NCBI GenBank assembly: GCA_026914245.1
Contig: CP110439.1
Location: 5,518,001 to 5,582,000, forward strand
Source of the DNA: Puccinia triticina
Lineage: Eukaryota
Direction of reading: 5' to 3'
Length of the DNA: 64,000 bases
Every line of letters starts with the position of its first letter. The stretch's first letter is position 1. Below, one piece after another: positions 1 through 13,000 of this stretch. The notes under the pieces are model-generated. The model had not been told where the DNA came from, made no database searches, and saw only the letters and a program-made list of their open reading frames with translations. Both the position numbers and the translations under genes were made by a program.

Positions 1-653
1 GAGACCTTTACCTTCCCCTCTCCAACTCTAAAGGGTTTCTGGATGCGGTCAAGAAGAAATACAAGTTAGCCTTGCTACATTGTTACTGCTTCACTAGACA
101 AGTAGATGATGCTGAAAATGATATCTGCCAGGTAAGCTCTTTTGTTTCTTTTGACCAATCTTTTTATTTTCCTGACTGATTTCTTCCGGTTGTTTTGGGT
201 GGTGTGTGTTTGTAGAGAGTTAGTGAAGTGATGAGAGTTAAGATCAGTCCATCTACTGTTGCTCGTTTCGAGCTCAAGTTTGTCAGGGCTGTTGCACCTC
301 ACAAGGATATGTACCGGATCACCTTTGAATTACCCCTTGTACTCTTACTGTTCTCTTCTTACTCTTCTGATGAAATGAAAGGAAAGCAAGTCTCACAAAA
401 TCTCAGCTGGATTGGCTTGAGAAGGGAGATGATGGAAGAAGAGCCCATCAGTGTCTGGTCATTACGGTACGCGATGTGCTTGGTACCTGGTTCAACCGAA
501 GTAGCATTACAGGGATGTACAGTACTTGAACATTTTCGAGGCTTTGTCCCAGTGCCACTGCCCTTGCGTCCATCTGCGCCAAAGCCTCCGCAGCCACACT
601 CAAAGAACACGCCCAGCAGCACACATACACCACATTTTGGGCCCACCGCATAG
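1..653 (+). CDS. TRM5: 3' part of tRNA (guanine-37-N1)-methyltransferase, TRM5-like; exons <1..131 and 216..653, 5' part outside the window
   Basis: Spliced translation ...LLHCYCFTRQVDDAENDICQ|RVSEVMRVKIS...FVRAVAPHKDMYRITFELP matches the TRM5 C-terminal motifs (HCYCF; VRxVAPxKxMY..F.LP). Intron 132..215 has GTAAGC donor, CTGAC branch and TAG acceptor, and keeps frame. The true stop is uncertain because the tail is unusually long. Confidence 0.7.
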
Positions 654-1119
654 CTGCAGCTTTGGCCGATAGCTTGTTGAGCGTGAAAGTAGCCAACACT
701 CAAATGTGCAAACATCCACTCCCTTCATCCATTTTTTCGACAAAAATGGAATGGAGAAAGAGTCGAAGCCCCTCACTTACGCAAACAAGTTCTTGAAAGA
801 AGACGGAAACGTTGCTGATGGGAAGAGAAGATACATTGTGGGTTTTGTGCGAAGGGGCACCAATATTGAGGTGGTCGTGGTCCAAGAAGTACGAATGGGG
901 GATGGGATAGTTTTGGGCGCAGATGTATTTAGTATAGCAAGACGAGGGAGGAAATTGACAGACCAGCTCTGATCACATACATGACCAGAATAAAACCATC
1001 TGAGATGAGAAAAGCCAACAAAAAGCCCCAAGAAACATGCAGTACAAAGCAGAAAAAAATAGGGGAAAATTTATGTGGAGGATGTTGTGTGGGAGGAACA
1101 GAGGGAGAGAAATGAAGGA

Positions 1120-3682
1120 TCACAAGCCGTCGTTCAAGGAGCGTTCGATAGGAACTTCGTCGACAGCGAGGATCTCGTCGTTGACTTCGAACCGATCAAA
1201 CACCTGTCCCCCGCTCCCGCTCCCGGCCAGGCCACTCTCCTCGTTTTTGGCACTGTTGCTGGTGGCGCCGCTCTCATCGATGCTCGTCATGATCGGCTGC
1301 TCCGCCTCTTTGAACGAAATGCCAAACTCGTGCCCTTTCAGAACCACGCTCGTCTCCTTCTTTCCTTGCTTTAGGTCCTTGATTTGACCTGTACATCGTC
1401 ATCACATCATCTCCATTAGTCACATCCCGTCGATTTAAATTAATTTAATTCAACCCGAAAAAGAAAGCGTCAAAAGGGTTGGGTCTTTACCTTTCCAAAT
1501 CACTTGTTTATTCCGGAGAATCTTGATGAAGCAAGTTTTCTTGATTTCTCCGTTAGAAACCTTGCATCCAGCGACCTTAGACTTGAGTTTGGAAGACCCC
1601 TTGGAGGGAGCCGGACCGTTGATTTCGAAGATCTGGAGGATTTTAGCTTCGCCGACGACGCGTTCCTTGAACCGTTTAGGGAGGAGCTGAATAAGATCCT
1701 TGGTGATGCTATCGACGAGACGATAGATGACTGATTCGATTGTGTATTTGACTTTATGCGTCTCGATCGGGCTGAAGGCCATTGGGTCGATCTTGACGTT
1801 GAAGCCAACAAGGATAGCGCCCGAGGCGATGGCCATTCTGGCGTCACTCTCGGAGATGTTTCCAACGCCCGAGCTGACGATCTTGACCTTTACCTCGTTG
1901 TTCCCGAGGCCCTCGATGGCCGTTCGGACGGCCTCAACCGTGCCCGTGTAGTCGGCCTTGAGGACGATCTTGAGACAGTCTGGGGCTTCTTGCTCCTTGC
2001 GCGAGTCCGCCTTGGCCTGTGCCGAGGCCTGTTGGTTGCGTTCGCGGAGATGGGTGAGCCGTTCGCGTCGCGTCATGCCCTCTAGTTCGGCCTTGCCGGT
2101 CTCGAAGGCCTCCCGAGCCTGGGCTCGTCGTTCGTTCACAAGCTCGATCTGCTCCGCCAGCCCGAGCTCCTCGAACCGGAGCACCCGGTTCTCGCAGGCA
2201 CGCTTGGCCTGCTCTTCCGACTCGACCCCGAGCACAAGGCTGCCGGCCTCGGGCAGACTCTTCCATCCAGTTATCCGCACCGGTCGACCCGGCGAGAGCT
2301 GGGAGACGGGCTCACCAGAAACCGTGATCAGTTGGCGGACCCGACCGTACGCCCGACCAGCTATGATGTCCAACCCGACATGCAGACGCCCGCGGAGGGT
2401 GATCACCGAGGCCATGTTCCCGTGTCCACGCTCGACGTCCGACTCGATCACCCGGCCCTCGAAACGGACTCCGTCGTGTTCCGCACGAAGGTCGCGGACT
2501 TCGGCGACCGCCAGAATCGTCTCCGCGAGTTCGGCGAGGCCTTTTCCGGAGACCGCCGACACCTCCACACAAGGCACCTCCCCGCCCAAGCCCTCCACTT
2601 CGATCCCCGCCTCATAGATCCCTGCACGAGTCCGGTGGAGATCGATCCCAGGCTTGTCGCACTTGGTGATGGCAACTACTACGCCGATGTCGGTCTGGCG
2701 GACCAACTCGATCACCTCCTTCGTCTGTGGCTTCACTCCGTCATCCGCTGCGACGACCAGGACGGCCACGTCGGTCGTCATGGCCCCCCGACTGCGCATC
2801 GCACTGAACGCCGCATGTCCTGGCGTGTCCAGGAAGGTGATCGTCTCCGGACCCTCGCCGGAAGATTGACCAGGCATCAGGTCTTTCAACGACACCTCGA
2901 ACGCACCGATGTGTTGCGTGATTCCCCCGGCCTCCGAAGCCGCCACAGCCGTCTTCCGTAGCGCGTCCAGTAGTGTCGTCTTTCCGTGGTCCACATGGCC
3001 CATGATACACACCACCGGTGGCCGTAGCGGCAGCCTCGACCGGTCCGCACTCGTCGGGTCTGGGTATATGTCGTAGGCCAACGTGTCGTTCACGATAGGC
3101 TCATACCCTGATTCTAGTACTAGATATGCCGTGTCATCCGTGCTCAAGATCCGGTCCGGCCTGGTATCCAATAGGCCTGCCGACTGCATCAATGATTGTA
3201 ATCTATCTAGATATAATATCAAAAAAAAAAAAATCATCAGTTGTGGCTTTTCTTCTGGTTGATCGAGGCCCAAAAGAGAAGAAAGGCTTACACAGTTTCT
3301 GGTGTGTTAATTGAGCTAGTTGGGCGACGGTAATGGCGGAAGGAACCGCCAACTCTCGCTTAGAATTCTTAACATTTTTACTGCTATTGATATTTTGGAG
3401 CTTGGACGCTTCGAGCAGTTTGCGCTGTTTTTTTTCTTGGGCTATTTTGCTGATGATCACTTCGGTAGGTTTGGGTTTGGGTTTGACGTGGCTAGGTAGG
3501 ACGCCGATCTTCCTGAGTTTCTTCTCTTCGTCTTTCCGCTTCTTGAGGAGCTGATGGTTTGTCACTTGGTGATTATCCGCATGTGGCTCGAATCTGCTGG
3601 GGCTTGCTGATGGGAATCTCTGAGCGAGCTGGCTTGTGGATGTGTTCCGGAGTGACTGTATTGTTCGTCTCGTCGGCTGCAT
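1120..3682 (-). CDS. IFM1: Mitochondrial translation initiation factor IF-2; exons 3682..3292, 3206..1491, 1388..1120
   Basis: G-domain motifs [41 protein letters not shown] and TKCD, plus the IF2 domains LKADxxGTVEA and [13 protein letters not shown] introns 3291..3207 and 1490..1389 join the ORFs in frame. The start is taken as the first in-frame ATG; the open frame extends to 3817. Confidence 0.92.
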
Positions 3683-4358
3683 GTTCCTGTTGACCGTCGT
3701 TTGCTCGTGTGTTCGTTGGTTGCTGGTTGTCTTCCGGCAGCCGCCACTCCCGAACTCCGGGCCCCGCGAGCTGAACAAAGCCCGCAAGCACCGCAAGTTG
3801 CAAGCAGGGGTGACCAAAAGGAAAGAGTGATCTCAAAAATAACTGTGAAGATTCTCGGTTTCCAGCTCACACCTCACCCTTACATGTACTTCGGCTGGCA
3901 TCTCGGCTATATTTTCGTCTGCTCAGTTTCTCTCTAACCCTTTTCGTATTTTTTCTATCTTTTTTTGAAATCAACGACTTCTTCAAGTCTTGTAGGCCCT
4001 TTACCATTTTTTTGGCTTTTTGCACCTAGGGTTTTGGCAGGAAGTTGAGGTAACTGACCACTGCCAACCAGCTGAAAAGCCACAATACAAAGTTTGGAAA
4101 GCTCAATTGGGAATGATGGAGAGGGAGTGGGTAAATTCTGAGTTGGCAGAATTCACAAGATTATACTCAAGAACCCCTGGCCAGGAGGAAAAATGAACTT
4201 GGTGTTGGATTTCTCTCTTCTTCCTTCTACCTCATTCACCATGTCCTTGATTCCTCGGTCTCACAATTCCAAGCTCTCCACCCTCTCTTGATAGTCTTTT
4301 GTCTCATGTCATGTTTTCCTTTCTTGATCTCCTTGTGACCTTGATCCCTGTGTAGACC

Positions 4359-5005
4359 CAGCGGTGGGCAGATACGTTACTTTACGTTACAGCAGTGAAA
4401 TTGGATAACGTAACATCTTTTTAGTTATCCAAATTGGCCATTTTGGTAACGTACAAAATTCTTGCAGTAAAGTATAGTAAAGGAACTTTTTTTTCAACCT
4501 GATTTTTTATGTTTTTGGTAACGTAACTTTTTTGATATAGAGCTTTTTGTAAAGGGGGTTGAGATTATTGAAAAAAAGAGCAAGTTGGTATCATGTCTTT
4601 AGCTTATTGGTTAAGGCCTGCCTCTCTCAGGTTAGTGACATTTGAAGGTGTGGGTTCAACCCTCACTCTAAACAACTTTTAATGTGGCTTCCTGGCAGCA
4701 TACTGAGTTTATGTGGTTGTTTAGTGTCAACTTGAGCAAACATCTCGCTCATATTGATAAAAACAACCACAAATCAGGGCCTTTACCAGAAAGTTACACC
4801 AAAGTTACCCAAATCTGGGAAAAAATGTAACGCAACTGGTTTTGTTCAAAATAACCAGGGAACGTAACTAGATAAATTGGTGGCCATTTTCTGCAGGAGA
4901 TATTGTAACTCCAAATTAGATATCTGTAACTAGCAGATAACGTAACTGTAAAGTTTATGTTACCGGCAGAGTTATCCATTTGGAGAACGTATCTGCCCAC
5001 CGCTG
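4359..5005. mobile_element. Non-autonomous TIR element (hAT-like MITE)
   Basis: 20-bp TIR CAGCGGTGGGCAGATACGTT / AACGTATCTGCCCACCGCTG. Flanking direct repeat GTAGACC at 4352-4358 and 5006-5012. Many GTAAC/GTTAC subterminal motifs. Confidence 0.88.
4594..4680 (+). other. Degenerate tRNA-derived (Pol III A/B box) segment inside the MITE
   Basis: A-box/D-loop-like TAGCTTATTGGTTAAGGC (4600-4617), B-box/T-loop-like GGTTCAACCC (4653-4662), then TTTT. Acceptor and anticodon stems are poor. Confidence 0.5.
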
Positions 5006-5209
5006 GTAGACCTGACCAATACTTTCATGTGACACTGATTATATCTCAAGTGTGCACACGCCTTGACTGTGACATGCTGTGACCAATCTTGTGAAATGCT
5101 TTCTTTCTTTCCATTGAGTTCCTTCCTTTTCTATTCATATTCATTGTGCCTCTCACCCACAACTTGATTGTATGTAGATAGCCTATATGTAGTAGCCTCT
5201 TACTAGCAA

Positions 5210-5620
5210 CAACGGTGGGCCAGCTATGCTAACCGTAGCGTTAGCGTAGCCAAATTCCGCTAAATTTTAGCATAGCGTTAGGGAAATTGCGCCTTCTCTG
5301 CGCTAACACTACGCGCAAAGGGTGCGCAGCTAATTTAGCTGTTAGCGTAGCGTTAGCGCAGATGCGCGCAATTGCGCTAACACTACACACGCAGGGCGCA
5401 AAAGAGCGCGCGCTACGGTGCACCACAGTGCTTTTAGCTGAAAAAAAGGCCTTTTTTTCCGCTAAAAGCGCTGTAGCGCAGCGTAGTGACTGTAGCGGCG
5501 CGCTAACACTAACAAACAATTGGCGCACTGTTAGCGCTGCTGAAAATTAGCGCAGCGTAGTGGCGCTAACAGAGCGCTAACACTACTCAAAATGAGCAGG
5601 CGCTTTTTGACGCTACACTT
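5210..5620. mobile_element. Left end of a second hAT-like TIR element with dense GCGCTAAC/GTTAGCG subterminal repeats
   Basis: Starts CAACGGTGGGC, resembling the 4359 TIR. Repeated motif in both orientations. No matching right TIR was found. Confidence 0.5.
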
Positions 5621-7559
5621 ATTGCCAAGAAATTTATGGCGCGGAGAATATCCACAATGAAAACATTTCTGAAATTTTGGGACTGTTTGGGTGTGAAACA
5701 AAAAAGCTATAAAGTTAGCAGTAATTTTCCTACTAAGCCTGCTGCGCACCCCTTATATCTCATTTTATAATGACACACTATTGCTAGGAATTTCAGGGAA
5801 TTAATTTGAAGCATATCTCCCTGTGCTCTCAAAATTTTGTGCCTTTGGTGTGTGTAACAAAAAAGTTATACATATACGCAAAATAATAAACGCAATTAGG
5901 GTGTTCAAAGTTGACTTGCATAAAATCATAACACCATAAAATCATAAAATTCTAAGCTGAAAAAAATATGTTGCACCCAAGCACTCAAATTAGAGCAACA
6001 TTTCTAGAATGGTACATATGAAATCATCACTTGAAAGTTTTATAATTTTATGATTTTATGCATTGAAAATTTTATGATTTCAAATTTGAACACCCTTAAT
6101 ACCTATTTGGGCTACAGGAAAGCTGGTGAAAATTCTGAAAATTATCAGGTCATGAATTTGCACATTTACCATGATACTGTGAAATTTTTGGGGCTACTGG
6201 GGCACAGGAAGTGATATTACAGGTCCCTGCCGCGTTAAAATATGATTTTTTCATGTCAATTTTCTCTAGGCTCAAGGAGACCCCTAAATGACTTGATTAT
6301 TTTTTAGGGGGATCATAAAAAATCATTCTATTGATTCATCAGAAAATATTTCAAGAAATGCAAGCCGTTTTTTGGGGGGAATGCACAGTGCGCAAAGAGC
6401 CGTGGCGAAAGCGCGCACTGGGGGCAGGACGTTGAGAAGACAACCCCCACAGTGCGCAAAGAGTTTTTCGCAGTGCGCGAAGTAAGTCCGTATGTATAAA
6501 TACAATTTTAGGGAGATTTTATGAAGTCATGTCCAACTCCTAGTTAATATGAGGTTTTTTCCCATGGAATTTCCCCTGAGCTTCAGCTATTTTTTGAAAA
6601 ACTTCAGCAACTGAAGAATGTGTCACACAAATGTACATGTGCATGTTTTTGTGACACTAACATACATAAAGATTTTTGGAATTTATGATAAACACATGAT
6701 AAATCCAAATATATCATTCCCATGAAAAGCCCCTTTTTTCTGCAAAGTATTTGATATTGCTTTGCAAGGCAGTTTGAAATGTGTTCTCAAATAGTTCCAA
6801 TAATACATAGAGTCAAGTTTGGGCTGGTTTTCAATCAAATTCAACCCTTTTTCAGCATTCCTTCAGCTCAATTGAGCATCACCTCAAAATGAATTCATCA
6901 TGACTCCAGTGTGTTTTGAGGTTAATGTTCCAGGATATATCTAACAGGGTTCTTAAAAAATATTGTGCAATGGCACTTTCACGCAAGTGCCAAGCAAACT
7001 CCCATGGTGTGCTTTTTTTATGTTATGTCTTGTACCTCCTCACTGTTAAGGAATACCATGAAGCTTTGGCGGAGCATGAAGCTTTGGCAGAGCCATATGA
7101 ACACCTTATTCTCCTGCATCGTGTAGTATACACTGGATTTTCTCCCCATTTTTTATCTTCAAAATGATACAACCACTTCCTGTACTCTGACCGGTGGCTT
7201 TCCACTATGCGCATAAATAGGCAATGATGTAAAAAAAGGGTTGTGCTAAATGCACACCAAATTTATACTCCATGCACGCCACGTTTTTGGCATGTATAGG
7301 TGGGTACGCCAAGAAATTGGTGTAAATGGTCCAATAACGCCAATTTTTTTGTGCGCCGGGCCGTGCACGCCAAATTTTATGGCTTACGGGGCCTGGCACA
7401 CCAATTTTCCAGGAAAAAATGGCGTACTGGCATGAGGATTCCCATAGATGTGGCGTACAAAGCATCAGTGCGCCTACCCTTTAAGTTTGGGCATGTGGAT
7501 TTGTTGCACACTAGATAAGATGGTGTGTCCATACCATTTAACAACCCCCCCATCTTTTT

Positions 7560-8140
7560 CTTGGCAAGCTGGTGCAGGCCCAGCTTGCCAAGAGTTTTCT
7601 TCCTGGGCAATCTTGTCAATTTCCAGCTCGCCAAATATGTATACCTCTTGGTGCTGGCTCTCCAGGAGGAATATGTACCTTGCGGCGAGCTGCACAGCTT
7701 TAACAAGCTCACCAAGAATGTTTTTCCCGTCAAGATGGTCAAAGGCCAGGTTGCCAAGAGATATGTATTCCTATTGGTGAGCTGGATTTGCACCAGCTTT
7801 CTGGCAGGTAGACATTTCTGTTGGCAAGATGAATTTCAACCAGCTCCCTGGGAGGAATGCATACCTCTCGGCGAGCTGGATTTGTACCAGCTTGCCGGAA
7901 GGTAGGAATTTCTGCCTTTGTGATGGTAATCAACCAGATCTCCAAGATAATAAATACCTCTCCGAAAGCTGGAATTTGATCAGCTCTCCGGGCAAAACAC
8001 TCACGGTGAGCTGGTCAAACTTCTAGCTTGCTGAGAGCTCTTGGTGACCTGGTATGTACCAGTGCCATGATGTGCTCCAGGCAAGGGGCAAATAATATCC
8101 AGCTTGCCAAGAGCTCTTGGAGAGCTGGATTTGTATCTAT
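7560..8140. repeat. Degenerate tandem repeat built on a GAGCTGG..CCAGCT(T/C) inverted motif
   Basis: Recurrent gagctggatttg(c/t)accagctt-like units at about 7779, 7873, 7967, 8028 and 8122. Confidence 0.55.
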
Positions 8141-8316
8141 ATCCCATTTTTCTTGGGGAATTGGTGTCTCCGGTCCCGTACGCCTGCAGACTTGGCGTAA
8201 AAGACTGGAGGTGCTGGGTTTCTGGGAGTAAACTTCCCTGTACTCCAAGAGCAGATGGTGTACACGCCTGTGCACGTCTTTTTGGCGTGCATGTAGTAAA
8301 AATTTGGTCTGTCTTA

Positions 8317-8338
8317 GGAGTGTGCCAAAGCACACTCC
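8317..8338 (-). repeat. Single monomer of the 29-bp hairpin satellite
   Basis: Exact GGAGTGTGCCAAAGCACACTCC, flanked on both sides by GTCTTA (8311-8316 and 8339-8344). Confidence 0.95.
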
Positions 8339-9384
8339 GTCTTACCCTATCATCAGGCACTGAATACAGATGCCAAAGAGACCCTGAAGGACATCACCCA
8401 AGAGATGCAGCTTTTTTCAAGGCTATTTATTTGGATCAACAAGGCTTTCATACCAGAATCTTACAATGTTGCAGAGAAAGGGGTGTCTTACTTTATTGAG
8501 TATGGGAAAATCAATCTCTCAAAAAAACTTGAAGGAGTACCTCAATCCGGCTATTGCATGTTGAGTTTTGTTTCCTTTTTTATCTTGCCATCTGGTGAGC
8601 TGCAGCTTTAACACTGTTTGTTGCATCTTGGATATTGAGATTTGAGATTTTTATTGTTTGTCATGGAAAGGATGAGGGTGGTTATCTGTGTTGGGATATA
8701 GATGATGACAGAGCTTGTTGGTTTAGAATGAAGTTTGTTGGTTTGGATTGTCAATTGTGTAAAATATGGGGTTAAACTAAGTGCCCTAATCCAGGATAAC
8801 TTAGCGCCTGGTGTGAATGGTCTCAGGAGACTGCCCCTAAAACCAGGGCCAACCCAACCTCCATAGAATGGCATTGGGTTGGCCGGTTTGGCAAGCTTAT
8901 TTTCCAATCTGCCTCCACCCAACCCAAAACAAATAGGCTGGCTGCTATGGTTGTTGGCACCACCCCCATGGTGCGCCTAGGTGTGCCCGCCCCACACCAT
9001 CGCACTTTTTCCAAAAAATGGGGGTCAGTGCACACCCAAGAAGGCTGGTTTTGCAAGTTGGAAAATGGATTGAAACAAGTCCCAGGGCCGTCAAATGGTA
9101 CCTCACTTGGTAGATTCAGAATTAGTGAATAAGCTTGCTATCAGTCTCCTGCAGATTGTTCCTCATGCTGCTGGAGTCAAGGGACTGTTTTTGATGATGG
9201 CCGCAATGAAGGCCAAAACCCAAAATCAAATTTTGCCAAATACATTGAAAATGATATCTCAAATAAAACTGCTAAGAAGTCAAAAACAGTACAAAGAAGA
9301 CTCCAAGCATCAAAGCATGAAATCATACAACTCCTTTCTTGCTCCAGCCAAGCTAGAAGCATTTGAAGTAAGGATGATCATTGG

Positions 9385-9932
9385 TAGGGCTGGACCCCGA
9401 AGAGGGGGTGGACGGGTATACCCGGATATCCAACCCAACGGTGGTCAGGGGCCGGCAGTTCTCCCTTCAAAAAATACCCGTCGGGTATTCTTGGGTATAA
9501 AAGTCAGGACACTCTGCTGATCTCACGAGGTCCGACGGGTATTTGGTCTCAGGGGTTGAGCACACCGGCCTTACGCCTTGCAGCGGCGCAAGGCCGGTGT
9601 GCTCAACCTTTTGAGTCATCTGGCCGCCTGAGGCGCGGCATGAATAGGCATCTGGGTGCTCACACCTGATTCCAAAGCCCTGGGGAAGTTGTCTCAGGCA
9701 TAAACGTCCTGAAGTCCGATAAATAGGCGTAAGAGACTGGGTACCCGCGGGTATACCACATAGTTCTGGGGCATATCCGCGGGTACCCGCCGCGAAAAAT
9801 ACCCGCATCTACCCGTTATCCGCGGGTATTTCCACGGGAGCAAAACCTCTGGTTTTACTCCTTGGGTATTCCCGACGGGTATTACCACGGCAAGGCTGGA
9901 GGCTCTTGGGTATCACCCGGGGTCCAGCCCTA
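9385..9932. mobile_element. hAT-type MITE
   Basis: TIR TAGGGCTGGACCCCG / CGGGGTCCAGCCCTA. 8-bp TSD ATCATTGG. Empty site in the duplicate near 57299. GGGTA/TACCC subterminal repeats. Confidence 0.93.
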
Positions 9933-10001
9933 ATCATTGGTACCCGTTTGGGGGTACCCGGCACCAGCCAGCCCGGTACCGCTTGCACCAGCTGGGCGGT
10001 G

Positions 10002-13000
10002 TGTAAGCTCTCAACAATGTGAGCTTCACTGGGCGAGGGACAAGGGGCGAGGAGGAGGTTGCGAGGACGAGGCCAAGGGCACGGAACAGCTTCTAGAGAC
10101 CTCTGTTTGTATTGCAGGGGAAGAAGGGAGCTAGCTCGGGGGAAGTCTCAGTACTTCCCTCTATATACAACTTTTGGCGAAGAGAAGAGAGAGAAGGGGG
10201 AGACAGAAGTGAAGGGGAAAGGAAGGTCACTCACTTAGCTTGGGGGAAGTCTCAGTACTTCCCTGCCGAGCTAGGAGAGGCGGGGCTGGAGGGACTATGT
10301 AGGGTGCTTGGTGTCGGTCTGTGATACCTCTGTGAATCTTCCTGTGAGTTCGCGAGGTCCGCGGCTCACATTCCCCCCATCTATAAAAAATGACTAAGGG
10401 GGGCATCGTCGGAGGGAGTGTGGAGGTTGGTGTTCCATCATAATGATATTTGGGCCTGGATGTTGGAGTGAGTCGTCTGGTTGTCGATTGAAGCGCTGGT
10501 TCACGCCTTGGGTGTCGCGGCCGGGTCTGTGGGTTGGTCGTGTGACTTCGGTTGTTGTGTGTTATTGTGGGTGTCTGGTTGTGTTGGCGGAAGTGTTGAA
10601 GGCCGTAGGAAAGAGGTCAAAAGAAAATAAAATGGGGAAATGGGAAGGGGTGTGGGCGGCAATCAGGGGAGTAAGTGATGGTCTGGCGGCTGGAGGGCGG
10701 GGTTCTGTCTGGCAATAGCAGTTATTCGGACGTGTAGCTGTCGGTCTTGGCGTCTTCACTGTAAGGATGCGGCCTCATAAGCCACGTCCTTTATGCAACA
10801 GATGTAGGGTCTTTGAGGTTTTGGGGGGATTGTGAACATACCCCTCAATTGGTCCCAAAATTGAATTTGAGATTAGCTCATTGAGTCGCTTGTCGAACGC
10901 CTCGGATGCTTCAAAAGTTTGGATTGCGGCAGCTTTGGTCTCTTCTGTAATCAATTCCTCATCATCATCGTAACCTTGAGCAACAATGTCGTCCAACGGC
11001 TGAATGGCTGCCGTTGTTGTGGTTGTCATGCTGGAGTACAGGTCGCCTGGCTCGTCTGAGACACCGGCTACTCCCGCTGGTCGGGAGGTTGTTCGACCGG
11101 CCGTGGTATTAGCGGGACAGGTGTCTGGGCCTTTTGCGGAGCTCCACGGTAGAGGGGGGGTATAGTTTGGCGGTCTTGGTGGCGTTACGAACAACAGGGG
11201 AAACTTGACCTTCCCTCGGGACCGACCGTTTTGGCACGTCCCGTTTGGCGAGCCGCAGTGTCCTCTGCACCAGTGGCAGCGGCCGATTGAATCTAGGTAC
11301 GAGTGAATTCGCCAACGGAGTTCGTCGGACATGGTACCCGCGGCTCTGGTCTCAGGGGTAGTTGCAGCGTTCATGGGTGTCGTTCCTGGATGGGGCCTAG
11401 CTCGGCTTGGCAGTGCTCGAGCCGGGAGAGCATCGAAGAAAATCCGGACTCTTTTTGCGAAGCGGCTGTAGTCAAATGGTATAGCCTCGAGGATTTCAAA
11501 CTTAAGGATGTCGGCCCGTATCTCATTGGGCAGGCCACCGGTCAGCTATTCGGCGAGACTCAGGTCCAAAATCAGTAGGGGGTCGGAGTTGTAATTTATC
11601 ATACGTTGCAGGGTACGGGCCCGCGTTTCGTATTGTGCGAAGGTCTCGGAGGCCTCCATCTTGAGAGACTGGATCCTCTCCTTGAGTCCCTGGCGCCAGC
11701 GTACCGGGAGCGCCGCGTTGAATAGGGTTTCTTTGAATTCGTCCCAGGATTTTTGGAGGAATTTCTTTGCTTCGTTTGAGTAGACCGATAAGAGGTTGGT
11801 CTCCTTGATGAGAGTGCCGGCGATCCTAATCTTGTCGTCGGTGGCGGTCACCTTCTTGGTGTCAAAGAAGATCTCCAAGCCTTGGATCCACGCTAGGAAC
11901 GGTTTGGTTTCTTGATAAGGGCCTATGTAGGTGGGCCCATTGGATGTGCGGAATTGTTGGAGGTCAATGTGGTCATTTGGTGGGATCGTCGGGCGCGCTG
12001 CGGCTGTTTGCTGGGTTGATGCGCGGATTAAGGCCTCCTGGAATTGAGCAAGACGCTCCTCATTGGCCCTTGCTCGTTCCTCTGCGGCTTTTTGGGCCAA
12101 TCGAAAGCGGTCTGCGTCCACTTTTGCACGTTCTTTGGCCGCTTCTTGTGCGGCTAGAGCCCTGGCATCCGCGGCTTGTTGTGCTTCGAGGTTAGCTTGT
12201 TGGAGTGCCAGCATCGCGCCTTGCAGTTGCGCGACAAAGGAGTTGTCCGTCGGGAGACTGGGGCCGGATGTTGATGCTTGTGAGGCGTCAATCGGCGGCT
12301 CGCTGTCTGCGCCTGGCCTTCCTTTGTGGGACATGGTAATCGGTTTGGGGTCTGGACGAGTGGCGATTAGGGGTGTGGTTGGTTTTGGTTGAGGTAGAGG
12401 AGGTGGGGGGAGAGCTGGTAGTGCAGATAGTAGCGGGTTGAAAGGATTTGCCAGTGGTGGGGGCGGTTTAATAGAAGTCGGTTTGACCGGGGACCACGCT
12501 CGGATAATCGGAGGGGCGGTGCTGTCGGCTGAAAAGAAGGACGTAGTTGGACTGCTTGGGAAATCAATTGCTTGGGGGCGGGTTAACGAGGTCGACAAAG
12601 GACGGGGGGCAAGAGTGACTCTCGAGGGGGTTATGCGCTAGGGTTTGGATGGCTGTTGCAGCCGGTTGCGAGGTCGAGAGCGAGGTTTGTTGTGAGTTTG
12701 CTGGTGTGGTGGGCGGTAAGTCGACGGGTTGAGACGTCTGACATTGCTTCTCTGCTGCCGCGGCCGCTCTTTTGGCCTTGTTGGCAGCTCGTATCACCGC
12801 TTCGGTGTCTGTCAGTGGCAGGAGTTGATCGGACAAAGTCGTGCACCTAGTGGACATGAAGCAATGACGGGTGACAGTGGTCGAGGCGATAGGCGAGGCG
12901 AGGTGGAGGTTCTAGAAAAAAAAAGTGTAAGCTCTTGACAATGAGAGCTTCACTGGGAAAGGGATGAGAGGCGAGGACGAGGTTGCGAGGACGAGGACGA

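Noticed and set aside
1500..3010. Overlapping antisense ORFs within IF2
   Set aside because: Shadow ORFs of a GC-rich coding sequence.
4594..4680. Functional tRNA gene
   Set aside because: No convincing acceptor or anticodon stem; kept only as tRNA-derived.
4046..5208. Solo LTR hosting the 4359 MITE (similarly 50736-51190)
   Set aside because: LTR-like composition, but no matching termini or TSD could be fixed.
8308..8346. 37-nt GTAAG..ACAG intron formed by the monomer on the minus strand
   Set aside because: Very short, weak branch site, and the neighbouring coding-like frame is on the opposite strand.
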